Virus record (IMG/VR): IMGVR_UViG_3300010151_000010
Span: 14,778 to 78,777 of that record
Reading direction: 5' to 3' (one strand)
DNA length: 64,000 nucleotides
Origin: a virus
Taxonomy: Duplodnaviria; Caudoviricetes
This document shows positions 30,294-39,870 of this stretch, piece by piece. The notes under the pieces were generated by a model. That model was not told the origin of the DNA, did not search any database, and saw nothing but the letters and a program-made list of their open reading frames with translations. The translations under genes and the position numbers were made by a program. Numbering within the stretch: position 1 is the stretch's first letter; every line of letters starts with the position of its first letter.

Positions 30294-32683
30294 CAATGGG
30301 TCTTGGGTTTTTGTCTCCCAATTGCCTCTCCAATATCCCAATCCAAAACCCGATATATGTTCTCAATTTTCTTTTCGATGAACTTCTGAACACACACGGC
30401 ATAATCAATTTGGAAATCCTTGACTTCATCTGCATCCCTAAATCCAACGACAAGAGTCGGAGGCATATCTTTGGGAGTTTGTAATACGTAGCACCACTGT
30501 GGGCTTTCTCCGACCCTAAAGGGATTTTTAGGGTTGATGTGGTCATTGTAGTAATATGCCCCTCTTACAGCCATAGGCGGCGTTCTCTTGTATTCTGCCT
30601 TGCCTATTTTTCCATACGGTGAAAGCGCATCCCACGTCCAATTTCCTGCAAGAACGTCAAGTGATATTTCTCTAATCATCTTCGTGACTTCTTCTTCGTC
30701 TGCTCCTGTTCCGACTAAATCGAATATCTTTCCTTGTATCGTCTTTGTGAGTGGAGATACGCTGGACGCTTTGTATGAGAATCCTGTCACCTTCAATTGC
30801 CCTTTCTTTTCGGGAGGCCAAATCATAAATCCGAAGTTTTGATTTTTCACATCAGCGGTTAGCCAATAGTCGAAGTAGGCTTCTAACTCAATTTCCATCA
30901 TGGGAAGTTCGTATCGAGTCCTAATGATTTTGTTGAGGTTCTTGAGGTGAGCGTCTATCTCATCGAATGGAATCTGAATATAACCGGAATCGGTGTGGCC
31001 TGCGAGAGCCGCATAACCAGCCTTCTCGCTTTCCAGCAGAAGGGTGTTGATACACTCTCTTCCGTAGTAGGTAATAGTGCGACCCACATCGGGGTCTATC
31101 CATCCACCACTCACTTTCTTCTGAGACATATAGCCATAGATTGCGTTGGTTGCGACTTTGACAGCAGTCTGCAATAAATCCCATTTGAGTTTCTCGTCTT
31201 CGCTCTTTGCCGCCTTCATCTTCTTCTTGTAGTCTTGTCGTAATTCAAGCATACCCCAAATGATTGCAGGAATGACGCCTATGCCCGATGCCTCCTTTCT
31301 CCAATGCGTTCCGTTTCCAACGCTTCGGATTCCGTCGCCACCATTTTTCTGCTTTGTTGTCGGGCATAGATTCGCGTTATACGCTATTAGCGGGTACATG
31401 GACTTGAAGTCAATACAAGCGACTCCTTCGTGTCGTCCACCAACGGTTTCCGGCACGTCTGCACCATCATATTGGTCGCGTTGGTGGTAGTGAGTGGTGA
31501 GAGCCTTTATGTCGGTATGGCGAGAGATACGCCCTCTTACAAAACGAGATACGTTACAGGTACTTTTGAAGACGACTCCACATTCTTTCTGCATAGCCAA
31601 ATGGTAAGGTATCGCATTCACCTTTTCAGCACAATGCCTCAATAGTGTAGTGTCGCGCACACAGTAATCAACGAACTCATCGAAGTTCTCAACCCACCAT
31701 GTAAATACATCAGCATCCATTTTCTTTCCCTGCTCACCTAACTCTTTGGCTAACTCTAAATCTTCTGCGATGGTTGCGAGTTTCTTGTTTCTGAATGTTC
31801 CACGTCCATTCTTCTGCCAAACTGCCTCCAATCCGCTTCCTGTATTCCACGCGAGCGCAGTGTCGTAAACGAGCCTTCCCAAAATTGGTTGAGCATTATC
31901 GTGGTAGCCATCCTTTTTACGCGGTCTTACTGTCTGCCCCAATGGACTGAGTTTGTCTGCTTTATTTCCTAAGCGTTCAACGAGTTTAGGCAAGTCGGCC
32001 CAATAGATGGCGTGGGCGATGAGAATGTCAGGGTTGCACTTATTCAAGTGCTTAAGAAAAGCGTCGAGCATTTTCTGTTCGCTTCCATAGAGGTATCTAT
32101 CATACCCTCCTTCTCTTTCGATGTAGTCTATGGTGCAACCTTTCTCTCCTTCTTTCCAAGCGAATATCAATGGGCGGTTTCCCATAGTGTCGTCAATCGC
32201 AATCATGGTGATTGCCCCTTCATGTTGACACCCTTCGGGTTGCCATTCCATATCGAAATACCAAATCCTCGGATGAAAGTCCGGTATGTCTTTGTTATCG
32301 GGGTAAGCATGAATCATCAATTGGTCTGCGTAAGGCATATCTGCCTCATAAGTCTGAATCTCACTCTTAATGTCGTAAAGGTGTATGGGATTAGGCACGT
32401 CGAGACGTATCAATGATGCTTTATCTATCCCTTTCGCCTTAATGTCCGAGCGTACCCTAACGCCCGGATAGCGTGCAGTCAAACGAGACAATTTCTTCGG
32501 ATGGGTGTTCTCCGCCACCCAACAATGTGGGGGAATCCAAAGCGGGTTGTCAATGTCGGAGTTTTCGTTGGGATTTATCGCGTGTTCGATTACTTCCCCA
32601 TCTGCTCTTCTATATCGGTAGTAAACGTGTGGATAACCAACGCCTTCCCACTCGTCATCGGGATAATAATAGTCGATTATCAT
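30290..32683 (-). CDS. polB: Family B DNA polymerase
   Basis: Exonuclease FDMEW, DFKSMYP, KVATNAIYG, AGHTDS (variant of YGDTDS). Likely ATG at 32683. Confidence 0.95.
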   Translation of the reverse strand: MIIDYYYPDDEWEGVGYPHVYYRYRRADGEVIEHAINPNENSDIDNPLWIPPHCWVAENTHPKKLSRLTARYPGVRVRSDIKAKGIDKASLIRLDVPNPIHLYDIKSEIQTYEADMPYADQLMIHAYPDNKDIPDFHPRIWYFDMEWQPEGCQHEGAITMIAIDDTMGNRPLIFAWKEGEKGCTIDYIEREGGYDRYLYGSEQKMLDAFLKHLNKCNPDILIAHAIYWADLPKLVERLGNKADKLSPLGQTVRPRKKDGYHDNAQPILGRLVYDTALAWNTGSGLEAVWQKNGRGTFRNKKLATIAEDLELAKELGEQGKKMDADVFTWWVENFDEFVDYCVRDTTLLRHCAEKVNAIPYHLAMQKECGVVFKSTCNVSRFVRGRISRHTDIKALTTHYHQRDQYDGADVPETVGGRHEGVACIDFKSMYPLIAYNANLCPTTKQKNGGDGIRSVGNGTHWRKEASGIGVIPAIIWGMLELRQDYKKKMKAAKSEDEKLKWDLLQTAVKVATNAIYGYMSQKKVSGGWIDPDVGRTITYYGRECINTLLLESEKAGYAALAGHTDSGYIQIPFDEIDAHLKNLNKIIRTRYELPMMEIELEAYFDYWLTADVKNQNFGFMIWPPEKKGQLKVTGFSYKASSVSPLTKTIQGKIFDLVGTGADEEEVTKMIREISLDVLAGNWTWDALSPYGKIGKAEYKRTPPMAVRGAYYYNDHINPKNPFRVGESPQWCYVLQTPKDMPPTLVVGFRDADEVKDFQIDYAVCVQKFIEKKIENIYRVLDWDIGEAIGRQKPKTHW

Positions 32684-32778
32684 TGAGCACACTTCCTACA
32701 CAATAGTATCTGATTTTTGTTAGACCACAAAGGCCCAAACTTGTGGCACTTACCACAACGTCCGATTTCCTTACTCAT
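32680..32778 (-). CDS. Micro zinc-ribbon protein (32 aa, MSKEIGRCGKC...CRKCAQ)
   Basis: Translated by hand, ATGA overlap with polB. Confidence 0.5.
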   Translation of the reverse strand: MSKEIGRCGKCHKFGPLWSNKNQILLCRKCAQ

Positions 32779-32784
32779 GCTGGC

Positions 32785-33564
32785 TCACTCCTGCTGGTCT
32801 ATGATTATCAGTAATCTCTTCAAGTTTGTTTCGGTCTGCTCTATCACAAGCCCACTCGCATCACCGAAGTGAAAACGACACGTAGTGCCGCCATCCACTA
32901 AGCCAAGGCAAGGGAGCAACCATGGACCGAAGTTAGACTTCACAGTCTTGATACCTTTCTTCTCAAGAGTCACATCAGTGACTGTGCTTGACGCGAATAT
33001 CTTAGCATCATGAGTCTTACCCGCAGACGCAGAAATCTCTTCGTTCTCAACGTCCATTGTGACACTATAATCGGCCCCATATTTCGTCACGATGTTCTTC
33101 AATGAAGCGAGTTTGAGTATCTCGCTCATCTTCGTTCTCCCATGCACCGTGTAGGTATCAGCGCCAAACGTCTTCCACTTATTCCCCTTAGCCTCCTTCA
33201 CGAGTTTGGCGTAGGTCTTGACCAATTGTTGGCTTTTGCTATCCGTCACAGGAAGCGACAGTTTGAATGAGCCGCTCGCCAAATATAGCGTGCTTCCGTT
33301 CTTCACTTGTTTTATCGTCACATCTCCACTGCACTTCTTCAAGAATGCACAGGCTTTAGTGAGGTCTGAGAAAGTAAGTGGGCCTGCCTTTGCTTTAGCG
33401 TCAGGGTAGGCGCGAGATACATTGAGGAAGAAGGTCTGATAGCCTGCGCTATAACCGATAGCGTTTGGCGTCTCAAAGACGTTGATTACTAAATCACTAA
33501 TCACGTCACTGAACTGCCCTACGTGGGCAAGCCACTCCTTGCTATCAAGCGTTATCTGCGCCAT
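32785..33564 (-). CDS. Putative DNA sliding clamp (PCNA-like)
   Basis: 259 aa with an alternating beta/alpha two-domain pattern, next to polB, with RFC nearby. No diagnostic motif. Confidence 0.45.
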   Translation of the reverse strand: MAQITLDSKEWLAHVGQFSDVISDLVINVFETPNAIGYSAGYQTFFLNVSRAYPDAKAKAGPLTFSDLTKACAFLKKCSGDVTIKQVKNGSTLYLASGSFKLSLPVTDSKSQQLVKTYAKLVKEAKGNKWKTFGADTYTVHGRTKMSEILKLASLKNIVTKYGADYSVTMDVENEEISASAGKTHDAKIFASSTVTDVTLEKKGIKTVKSNFGPWLLPCLGLVDGGTTCRFHFGDASGLVIEQTETNLKRLLIIIDQQE

Positions 33565-33865
33565 CTGCGTTCACCCCATGATATTCTTCAAGAAGCGCAT
33601 CGAGTTTAGGAGTAGTGCTACCCGACCTCGTCAGTCGTCTTCCACTACAATACTCAGACAGTTTTGATGCGAGCGTTTGCTCTCTCGTTCGTAGTCGCTG
33701 AATATAGATGACCGCATCCATGAGTTCGTGTTGCAGATGCTCCAACCACTCATCATGCGTGAGGTCATCACGCTCCATTGTGAGGCCACCGTATTTGTCG
33801 GTGGCTTGCACCTTCTTCGCTCTTGCTTGTATGATTGCGCACACTTCGTCTTCCACTTTGCTCAT
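33545..33865 (-). CDS. MazG-like / all-alpha NTP pyrophosphohydrolase-like protein
   Basis: 'KYG...R.DL...EWLEHLQHELMDAVIY' (ExxD-type helix). Confidence 0.55.
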   Translation of the reverse strand: MSKVEDEVCAIIQARAKKVQATDKYGGLTMERDDLTHDEWLEHLQHELMDAVIYIQRLRTREQTLASKLSEYCSGRRLTRSGSTTPKLDALLEEYHGVNADGADNA

Positions 33866-33881
33866 TCGTTCACCAACCAAT

Positions 33882-34598
33882 TCACAGCCGCTCAAGTTCC
33901 GGCAGACCCATGAAGTTAGGCTCCTCGCCCTGTCTCGTTGTTAGGATAGTTCTCCGTTGCCCTTGTAGCGTGGCGTCAGTCTTGCTCTTCTCAAAGGCGG
34001 CTGTGAATGTTTCGCCTACAACCTTCCCGTCCTCAACCTCGTCCTTGCGACGACAGTGAACAATTTGGAACATATATCCAGCACTGCTCTTCTCCCATGC
34101 AGGCGCGCCATCGCTCTCAACTATCTTACCGCCTTTACCGTATACGTCCTTCATGTGTGTCTCCCAAAAGACTCTCACGCCTCTCTTCACCAAAGCACGA
34201 CAGACGGCAGTTAATTGGTGGAATCGGGTGACTCTAATCGCCCAATCCCATTGTTGTTGCACTCTTTCGTTAGAGCCTGCACCACGATTGTCTGCGGCCT
34301 CTATACCATCCTTAGAGAGTCCTAAGTCCTGTATTCTCATACAGTTAGTTGCTACGCTATCCCATAGGTCTATGCCGGTAATTAGAACGCCCCACAAATC
34401 CTCGTGCTTCTCCATAGCGAACTGCATGATTTTCATCGTTCGGTCATGGGTAGCAGGGTAGTCGTAGGCAGTCCTCTCTCCCTTGAGATATACCCAAGGT
34501 TCCCAACACTTGATGCCCTCATTGTTTGGATAGTATGCTGACTTGGTAGCGGAGCCACCATTGTCGAAATCAACCACCCAAAACTGCTTCGCGCTCAT
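33882..34598 (-). CDS. RecA/Sak4 (AAA_24)-like ATPase, C-terminal part lacking Walker A
   Basis: VVDFDNG, VLITGID and VFWETHMK motifs in the expected order after a P-loop. Confidence 0.55.
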   Translation of the reverse strand: MSAKQFWVVDFDNGGSATKSAYYPNNEGIKCWEPWVYLKGERTAYDYPATHDRTMKIMQFAMEKHEDLWGVLITGIDLWDSVATNCMRIQDLGLSKDGIEAADNRGAGSNERVQQQWDWAIRVTRFHQLTAVCRALVKRGVRVFWETHMKDVYGKGGKIVESDGAPAWEKSSAGYMFQIVHCRRKDEVEDGKVVGETFTAAFEKSKTDATLQGQRRTILTTRQGEEPNFMGLPELERL

Positions 34599-34867
34599 GC
34601 CTTCACCTCATCAAACTCGACAAGAGTAGTTTGTCTGCCCTTCCCCTTATGCTTGTCGCAGTATCGCTGATAGAAGTCGAATATGATGGCACTCTTGCCC
34701 GTATTCTCCTTCCCCACTAACGCCATGAAGATGTGAGTCTTCGGTTTGTTAGCATTCACGTCTGCGAGTTCTGCACGTAGTTCCGCAAATGGGTCGGTGT
34801 TAGCAGCCTTGCTTGCCGACTTCTTCTCTTCCTGTGCTGCCTTTGTCTGTCCGAATCCCGCCATCAT
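34595..34867 (-). CDS. P-loop-containing N-terminal part of the same ATPase
   Basis: FMALVGKENTGKS Walker A, ATGA overlap with the downstream ORF. Confidence 0.6.
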   Translation of the reverse strand: MMAGFGQTKAAQEEKKSASKAANTDPFAELRAELADVNANKPKTHIFMALVGKENTGKSAIIFDFYQRYCDKHKGKGRQTTLVEFDEVKA

Positions 34868-35142
34868 TCACCACCATCCGTATCGTCTTCGACCGTTGAG
34901 AACATTCGATTCAGTTCTCCTATGTCTCCCTTTAATTGGGTCATTGTTTGGTCAATCGTGTTAGCGAATCGCTCAAACGAGCGTAGGTAAGCCAACCTAC
35001 GAGAATGCTCTTTCTCCATTAGGGTGGCTCGCGCAAATAGTTCATCATACCGAGCGATGGTGTCATTTAACTCCATCTTAAACTTGGTCAATTCTTCCTT
35101 CAATTCATCCTTAGTCATGTCTTTTTCTTTTTTCGTTGTCAT
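34864..35142 (-). CDS. Coiled-coil hypothetical protein
   Basis: Heptad-like helix, likely start at MTTKK. Confidence 0.55.
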   Translation of the reverse strand: MTTKKEKDMTKDELKEELTKFKMELNDTIARYDELFARATLMEKEHSRRLAYLRSFERFANTIDQTMTQLKGDIGELNRMFSTVEDDTDGGE

Positions 35143-35156
35143 TTTTTTCTCTCCAT

Positions 35157-36500
35157 TCAATCGAATTGCGTTAAGTCGGTGTCTCCACCGCCCACTCGTC
35201 TTGTGGACCTTCTGTTGTCTGCATAGACGCCCCATACTGTAATTTGTGGGAGTCTATTGCCGTCTTGCACCCTCATCTTTAATCTTCCATGAATGAGAAC
35301 TGTGCTTTTCTCCGCGAAGCCCCATAGTTCATCGTCCACGTCTATGAAGTGGAAGGGATGCGTTAAGTCGTGGCACGCGCCGCTTACCCAACATGGAATC
35401 TCGCCTCTATTCTTCGTTCCATAGGTGTCTTCGAGCGACCGTGATGTAATGGAGAGGCTAAAGTTCCTCCCCGTCTCATCCCACTCGGATTCCCTGCCCT
35501 CAGTGGACATTCTCGTGACTCTTCCCTTCACGATTATGTCTGGACCGATTGTGCCGTCGTTTCCATCTCGCCCTTTGAAGTGCCTCTTTCGTGAATCGAA
35601 GGCTTCTTCAAGTTCATGTAGCGGAACATACAAGTCATCTATTAGTTCCTCATCTGTCCATAATTTGAATGGGTTGAGAAGGCTTCTTTCGCTTTCTGGA
35701 CACCACTCGTTTGTGTATGTCATAGTTTCCGAGAAATTGAAGTTCGTTCCAAGCACGTCTTGGAATGCCTCGTTCTTCGATGTAGGTAGTCTCACCTGTA
35801 TCTCCACAGGCACGCCAACGTGTATTGGTAAGTGTGCGTTAGTGCCGGTCAAGTCCACTCGCCAAGGCTTTATCTCGCCTTGATTCAAGAATGCTCCCTT
35901 CTCGTTGCCCAAGAAGCGGTAATATCGCCCCATTCTTACACATGGATATGGTCGTCCTGCCTTCGATAATAGACATAGCCACTCATCTCCGACCTTGAAG
36001 CCCATAGTAGGCTCTTCCTCAGAAGTTTCCTCAGTCACTATCTGCTTGAGATTCGTGCTGATACACCATACGTCTCCTTCGACGTAGTAATGCCCCACGA
36101 GGCCAGACGAAAGTGCTTCGTTAGCGTCATCTGTCCATCTTTGTGTAGCGTTCCTAACTGCCCATCCGTTCCTGTCGTTCATCTTGTCTTCAACACCGAG
36201 CCATTCACCAACGAAGGTAAGCGTCTCTCCGCCTCCGCCGCTCACATTGGACTTTCGGTCCTCCATGAACATCATCTCGCTCCAATCAATCAGAAGGTCT
36301 GTGTCCTCTTTTTGCCAATCGTCGCAACCGTATGTTGTGGCTATGTGCTTAGTGTAGGCCGCTACGACCTTCTCGACGCTCTCGCCGGTCCTTTCGGCCT
36401 GCATTTTGAAGCGTTCCATGACCTCGGAAGGCCACTCCTTCTGTTCCTTCTCCGTTTTACTAAACGGATTCTTGCTATCTGTCTTCTTTTCTTCATTCAT
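35157..36500 (-). CDS. Putative OB-fold ssDNA-binding protein (RPA-like)
   Basis: C-terminal 'IIVKGRVTRM...VLIHGRLKM...ITVWGVYA' OB-like strands, acidic/aromatic tail DLTQFD, replication context. Confidence 0.5.
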   Translation of the reverse strand: MNEEKKTDSKNPFSKTEKEQKEWPSEVMERFKMQAERTGESVEKVVAAYTKHIATTYGCDDWQKEDTDLLIDWSEMMFMEDRKSNVSGGGGETLTFVGEWLGVEDKMNDRNGWAVRNATQRWTDDANEALSSGLVGHYYVEGDVWCISTNLKQIVTEETSEEEPTMGFKVGDEWLCLLSKAGRPYPCVRMGRYYRFLGNEKGAFLNQGEIKPWRVDLTGTNAHLPIHVGVPVEIQVRLPTSKNEAFQDVLGTNFNFSETMTYTNEWCPESERSLLNPFKLWTDEELIDDLYVPLHELEEAFDSRKRHFKGRDGNDGTIGPDIIVKGRVTRMSTEGRESEWDETGRNFSLSITSRSLEDTYGTKNRGEIPCWVSGACHDLTHPFHFIDVDDELWGFAEKSTVLIHGRLKMRVQDGNRLPQITVWGVYADNRRSTRRVGGGDTDLTQFD

Positions 36501-37473
36501 TTTTCTTCACCTTTTCTCTCATTTTAGCCACCGCATAATCGCAGTAGGAGTAGTCATCGCCGGGCCATGTGTATCTATGCGTCATCACGTCGCCGTATGC
36601 CGCCATTATATCCCATATAGAATCGAGGTTATCCTCTTCATCAAAGTAATCGTATATGTTCAGATAGAAGTTCCTCATTACTTGATGTAAGGAACGCCCG
36701 TTCTTGAGCATCTCATGGAAGTTATTGCGCACTTTCCACCACTCGTCTCCTATGGCGTGGGCAATCGCATCCTCACCCATTGTTTCCTCTAAGCGCGATA
36801 GTCTCTCTCCTAATTGCTCTATATCAATTGAATCGAGGAACATGATAGATGCACGCATATCACCGTTCATGAGTTCAATCAGATTCTGAAGTTTCTCGAC
36901 TAATTTCCTTCTTTCATCTGTCGAATACTCAGCACGAATCTCAAGCAGACATTCATGGGGTAGCACTGAGAGTAGTCTCATCGCTCCCGGTCCTGCTGGC
37001 ACAGGCGTAAACGCATACGCTTTGCATCGTGAGCGTATGGCTGGGCGTATCTTCTCTAATTCGTTGCACGTCATTATGACCATCGCATTGTGACTATACT
37101 TCTCTATCAATTGTCTCATAGCGTCTTGCGCGCTTGGTGTGAGGCCGTCTGCCTCATCGAGTAGGATGATTTTTCTCGGCGTTCCGAGAGGTTTGCTACG
37201 CATCGCAGACTTGAGTTCGTTGCGAATGAAGTCTATGCCCCTATCGTCGCTGGCGTTGCTCTCGATGAAGTTCATATCATTAAACCAATCATCGAGCAGT
37301 GTTCGCGCTATGACATGAGCCGAACTCGTCTTACCCGTTCCCGGAGGCCCATAGAAGAGAAGGGCTTGAGGCCAATCATATGTATCGGCCCACCCATTTA
37401 CGTCTGCAACGAGTTCGTCCAACCCAACCAATTCGGTCAGGGTTTTCGGTATCGCCATTTCTGCGAGGTCCAT
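36493..37473 (-). CDS. rfcS: Replication factor C small subunit (clamp loader)
   Basis: GPPGTGKT, ESNASDDRGID, LLDEADGLT..AQDAMR, IRSRC. Confidence 0.95.
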   Translation of the reverse strand: MDLAEMAIPKTLTELVGLDELVADVNGWADTYDWPQALLFYGPPGTGKTSSAHVIARTLLDDWFNDMNFIESNASDDRGIDFIRNELKSAMRSKPLGTPRKIILLDEADGLTPSAQDAMRQLIEKYSHNAMVIMTCNELEKIRPAIRSRCKAYAFTPVPAGPGAMRLLSVLPHECLLEIRAEYSTDERRKLVEKLQNLIELMNGDMRASIMFLDSIDIEQLGERLSRLEETMGEDAIAHAIGDEWWKVRNNFHEMLKNGRSLHQVMRNFYLNIYDYFDEEDNLDSIWDIMAAYGDVMTHRYTWPGDDYSYCDYAVAKMREKVKKNE

Positions 37474-37482
37474 GATTCTCTA

Positions 37483-37505
37483 TACTATCTTCGTTTAAAT
37501 ACCAA
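37483..37505 (-). promoter_or_regulatory. 23-nt promoter element (copy 2)
   Basis: Exact copy that also supplies the stop codon of the upstream ORF. Confidence 0.85.
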
Positions 37506-37923
37506 AGGCATTTTCAAGCATCTCTTTTTCATTATCGAATGACTCAATCCAATTAAGGAAATCCGCGTCATTTGCAGATTTGCGCGGAATGGGATTTGCA
37601 GTGACCCATTCCATCATATTCAATCCCGCCCTATCTGTTATCGCTTCGCTCCATTGGCGATTCAAGAGATGAAACCACTTCTCTATCTCTTCGCGCTCTT
37701 CGTATTTCTCCTTGAGTTCAATACCGAAAGGTGCGAGAAATATCTCCACACATTGTAATTGACTGCCCGTTCCCGTTTTGAATAAAGAGCGCCAGCATAT
37801 CCTTCTTCTCACACGATAACCCCATCGAGCGTCAGCCCTCTTTTCGACCCACGTTCTAAAGCGTATCTCCGTTAGGATGATGCCCAACCCCATCCATTCC
37901 TCGCGTCTGTCGTTAGTTTGCAT
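37495..37923 (-). CDS. Hypothetical protein, weak LAGLIDADG-like fold resemblance
   Basis: 'GLGIILTEIRF...RWGYRVRRRI' loosely resembles the LAGLIDADG helix and first strands. Confidence 0.35.
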   Translation of the reverse strand: MQTNDRREEWMGLGIILTEIRFRTWVEKRADARWGYRVRRRICWRSLFKTGTGSQLQCVEIFLAPFGIELKEKYEEREEIEKWFHLLNRQWSEAITDRAGLNMMEWVTANPIPRKSANDADFLNWIESFDNEKEMLENAFGI

Positions 37924-39172
37924 CTATGCCCACCAAATCCACATACTGCGTCAAGTCAGATATACCCATATCACTCATCACCTCAACGAGAGATGGCTCG
38001 CTCAGTGTGTTTGTCCTCCTATCCACAAAAGGAGAACTCACGCCTAAGACGATGCAAACATCATCGGAGATTTCTCGCCACGACTTTGCTTCTTCTGTAT
38101 TAGAGCCAATCATTCTTTCTATGTTGAATATCACTGCCGCTCGTTCTGAGGGTATTTGAACCGTGAGTAGTCCAACATCAATGTATTCGTCTCCATCAAG
38201 TGCGTGTAATTTCACGTATAGCGCATCGCCAGATTTGTATGATGCTATGCGTAGTTTACTGATATGTGATTGCCTTACGAGAATATACCCTCCATATTCC
38301 GTTGGAGAGAATGCTCCTGTATTTGGAAACCTTATCGTGCCTTCTCGCTTGACTATGCTTTCCCAAGAGGGTATCATCTCAGGCCACGCTATGTCTGCAT
38401 CTTCATGTGAGTCAGCATATTTGACGAGTCGCTCTTTGAGAGGAAGGGTTGGGTATTCGGGATATGCTATATCGGTAATTGTCTTTCCTACTTTTTCTAT
38501 AATTATGTTTTTATCTTCGTCGTATTCGACTGTGACTGTGCCGCTCGGTATCGCTTGAAATGTATCTAAGGCAACCGTTGTATATTCATTCCAAGCCTTC
38601 CATTTACGCTTACGTAATCCAGCAGTCGGCTTCTCATACCACCGTTTAGGGTCGAGAAGGGCATCTGTATTCCCATATAAGGAGGTGATTATTTCAGAAT
38701 CTGTGAGGAAAGACCGGCTGTTAGTTATCGTTTCGTGCGGCACTTTGGGATTGAGAGACTTGAGAAAACGCAAGGAAGAGATAGGCATTCGTTTGCCTAA
38801 GACGCTATCCCAAAATAGGTGCGCATCTATTCCATCCATCTGCTTGCTTAGGGAAAGGAACGAGAATGAGGTTGTGGTGGTCGCATTCCTAACGCGGAGT
38901 GCTTCTTCTAACGACCACTCGCTTGAATTAGAGGCACTGCTTTCAGACGCAAGTAAAATCGGTATACTGCTCGCCTCTAAGGACATAAGGACTTCGTATG
39001 GAACGCCTAATTCGTTAGCCACTTTGAAAACTAATTGTCTTTCGGTCAAGGTTTTATCGGGAAACAAAAGAGCATATGCTTGTCTTGCTTCAGCCTCGTT
39101 CAGCGTTAGCGTTAGTTTGGAATCGCCTAAGCGTATGCGTTCGCATACAATTGCTAACTCACTGAAGCGCAT
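37913..39172 (-). CDS. Degenerate ATP-dependent DNA ligase-like protein
   Basis: N-terminal MRFSELA..CERI (ligase DNA-binding domain start) and a C-terminal OB-like tail, but no KxDG or EG motifs. Confidence 0.5.
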   Translation of the reverse strand: MRFSELAIVCERIRLGDSKLTLTLNEAEARQAYALLFPDKTLTERQLVFKVANELGVPYEVLMSLEASSIPILLASESSASNSSEWSLEEALRVRNATTTTSFSFLSLSKQMDGIDAHLFWDSVLGKRMPISSLRFLKSLNPKVPHETITNSRSFLTDSEIITSLYGNTDALLDPKRWYEKPTAGLRKRKWKAWNEYTTVALDTFQAIPSGTVTVEYDEDKNIIIEKVGKTITDIAYPEYPTLPLKERLVKYADSHEDADIAWPEMIPSWESIVKREGTIRFPNTGAFSPTEYGGYILVRQSHISKLRIASYKSGDALYVKLHALDGDEYIDVGLLTVQIPSERAAVIFNIERMIGSNTEEAKSWREISDDVCIVLGVSSPFVDRRTNTLSEPSLVEVMSDMGISDLTQYVDLVGIDAN

Positions 39173-39479
39173 CGTCTATCAAATGCGGAACGGAAGACGC
39201 CCACTTATTGGGGTTTGGCTTTGTTTTTTCCCCGAATATCCTCATGGTTGCTTTCTCCACGTCCTTGATGCTTACCTTCGTGTTATGTTGCTTGCGCGTC
39301 ATTAGGAATATACAATCAATTAACAGGCATTTGTTTGTTCTCCTATTGGAGTAGTGAGAGTTATTTCGCACTTGGTTATACAATGTATACGCCGCATTGA
39401 CTTGAGAAGGCTTCAAGCCCAATTCCATACCTAACGAGTAAATCGAGGCTTCCATAAACTTAGACTCATGGATTTCCAT
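39159..39479 (-). CDS. TFB/TFIIB cyclin-fold single-repeat protein
   Basis: 'LGL...V..A..LY......RR....L..CIFL..R.....SIKDV' matches the TFIIB core repeat pattern. Confidence 0.6.
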   Translation of the reverse strand: MEIHESKFMEASIYSLGMELGLKPSQVNAAYTLYNQVRNNSHYSNRRTNKCLLIDCIFLMTRKQHNTKVSIKDVEKATMRIFGEKTKPNPNKWASSVPHLIDDALQ

Positions 39480-39483
39480 TTAA

Positions 39484-39798
39484 TCACCTATCGTTGATGA
39501 AGGTGTATGCTACGAGACTCCACATTTCGTTGTATAGTGCTTTCAATTGCTTATCCTTAACTGAGTTTTTGAAATTGGTATAACCTGTTTCTTTCAATCT
39601 ATTCTTCACTGCTTCTCCGACTTCTTCTCTCGGTATGTATGCCCTATATGGGTAATCTGCTAAGGAGTCCTTGAAGTAGTCGCATTTTGGAAATACGTTA
39701 GTAAGGTGAGTTAATTTTCTTGCTCTCACTAACAGTGTTTCATCATCATTGTAGTTCTTCACTATACTCAACCAACCATCATTCAATCCTATCCACAT
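39484..39798 (-). CDS. Conserved phage-type hypothetical protein
   Basis: MWI...GWLSIV..LLVRAR..ADYPYRA..YTNFK, first gene after the promoter. Confidence 0.65.
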   Translation of the reverse strand: MWIGLNDGWLSIVKNYNDDETLLVRARKLTHLTNVFPKCDYFKDSLADYPYRAYIPREEVGEAVKNRLKETGYTNFKNSVKDKQLKALYNEMWSLVAYTFINDR

Positions 39799-39823
39799 TC
39801 TTCTCTATCTCCTATACCCTCTA

Positions 39824-39846
39824 TACTATCTTCGTTTAAATACCAA
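39824..39846 (-). promoter_or_regulatory. 23-nt promoter element (copy 3)
   Basis: Exact copy, intergenic. Confidence 0.85.
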
Positions 39847-39870
39847 ACATCTGAGCGGCGGCGAAGCCAA

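Noticed and set aside
30290-32683. Intein or intron in polB, the helicases or RFC
   Set aside because: Protein lengths are normal and no intein splice motifs or interruptions were seen
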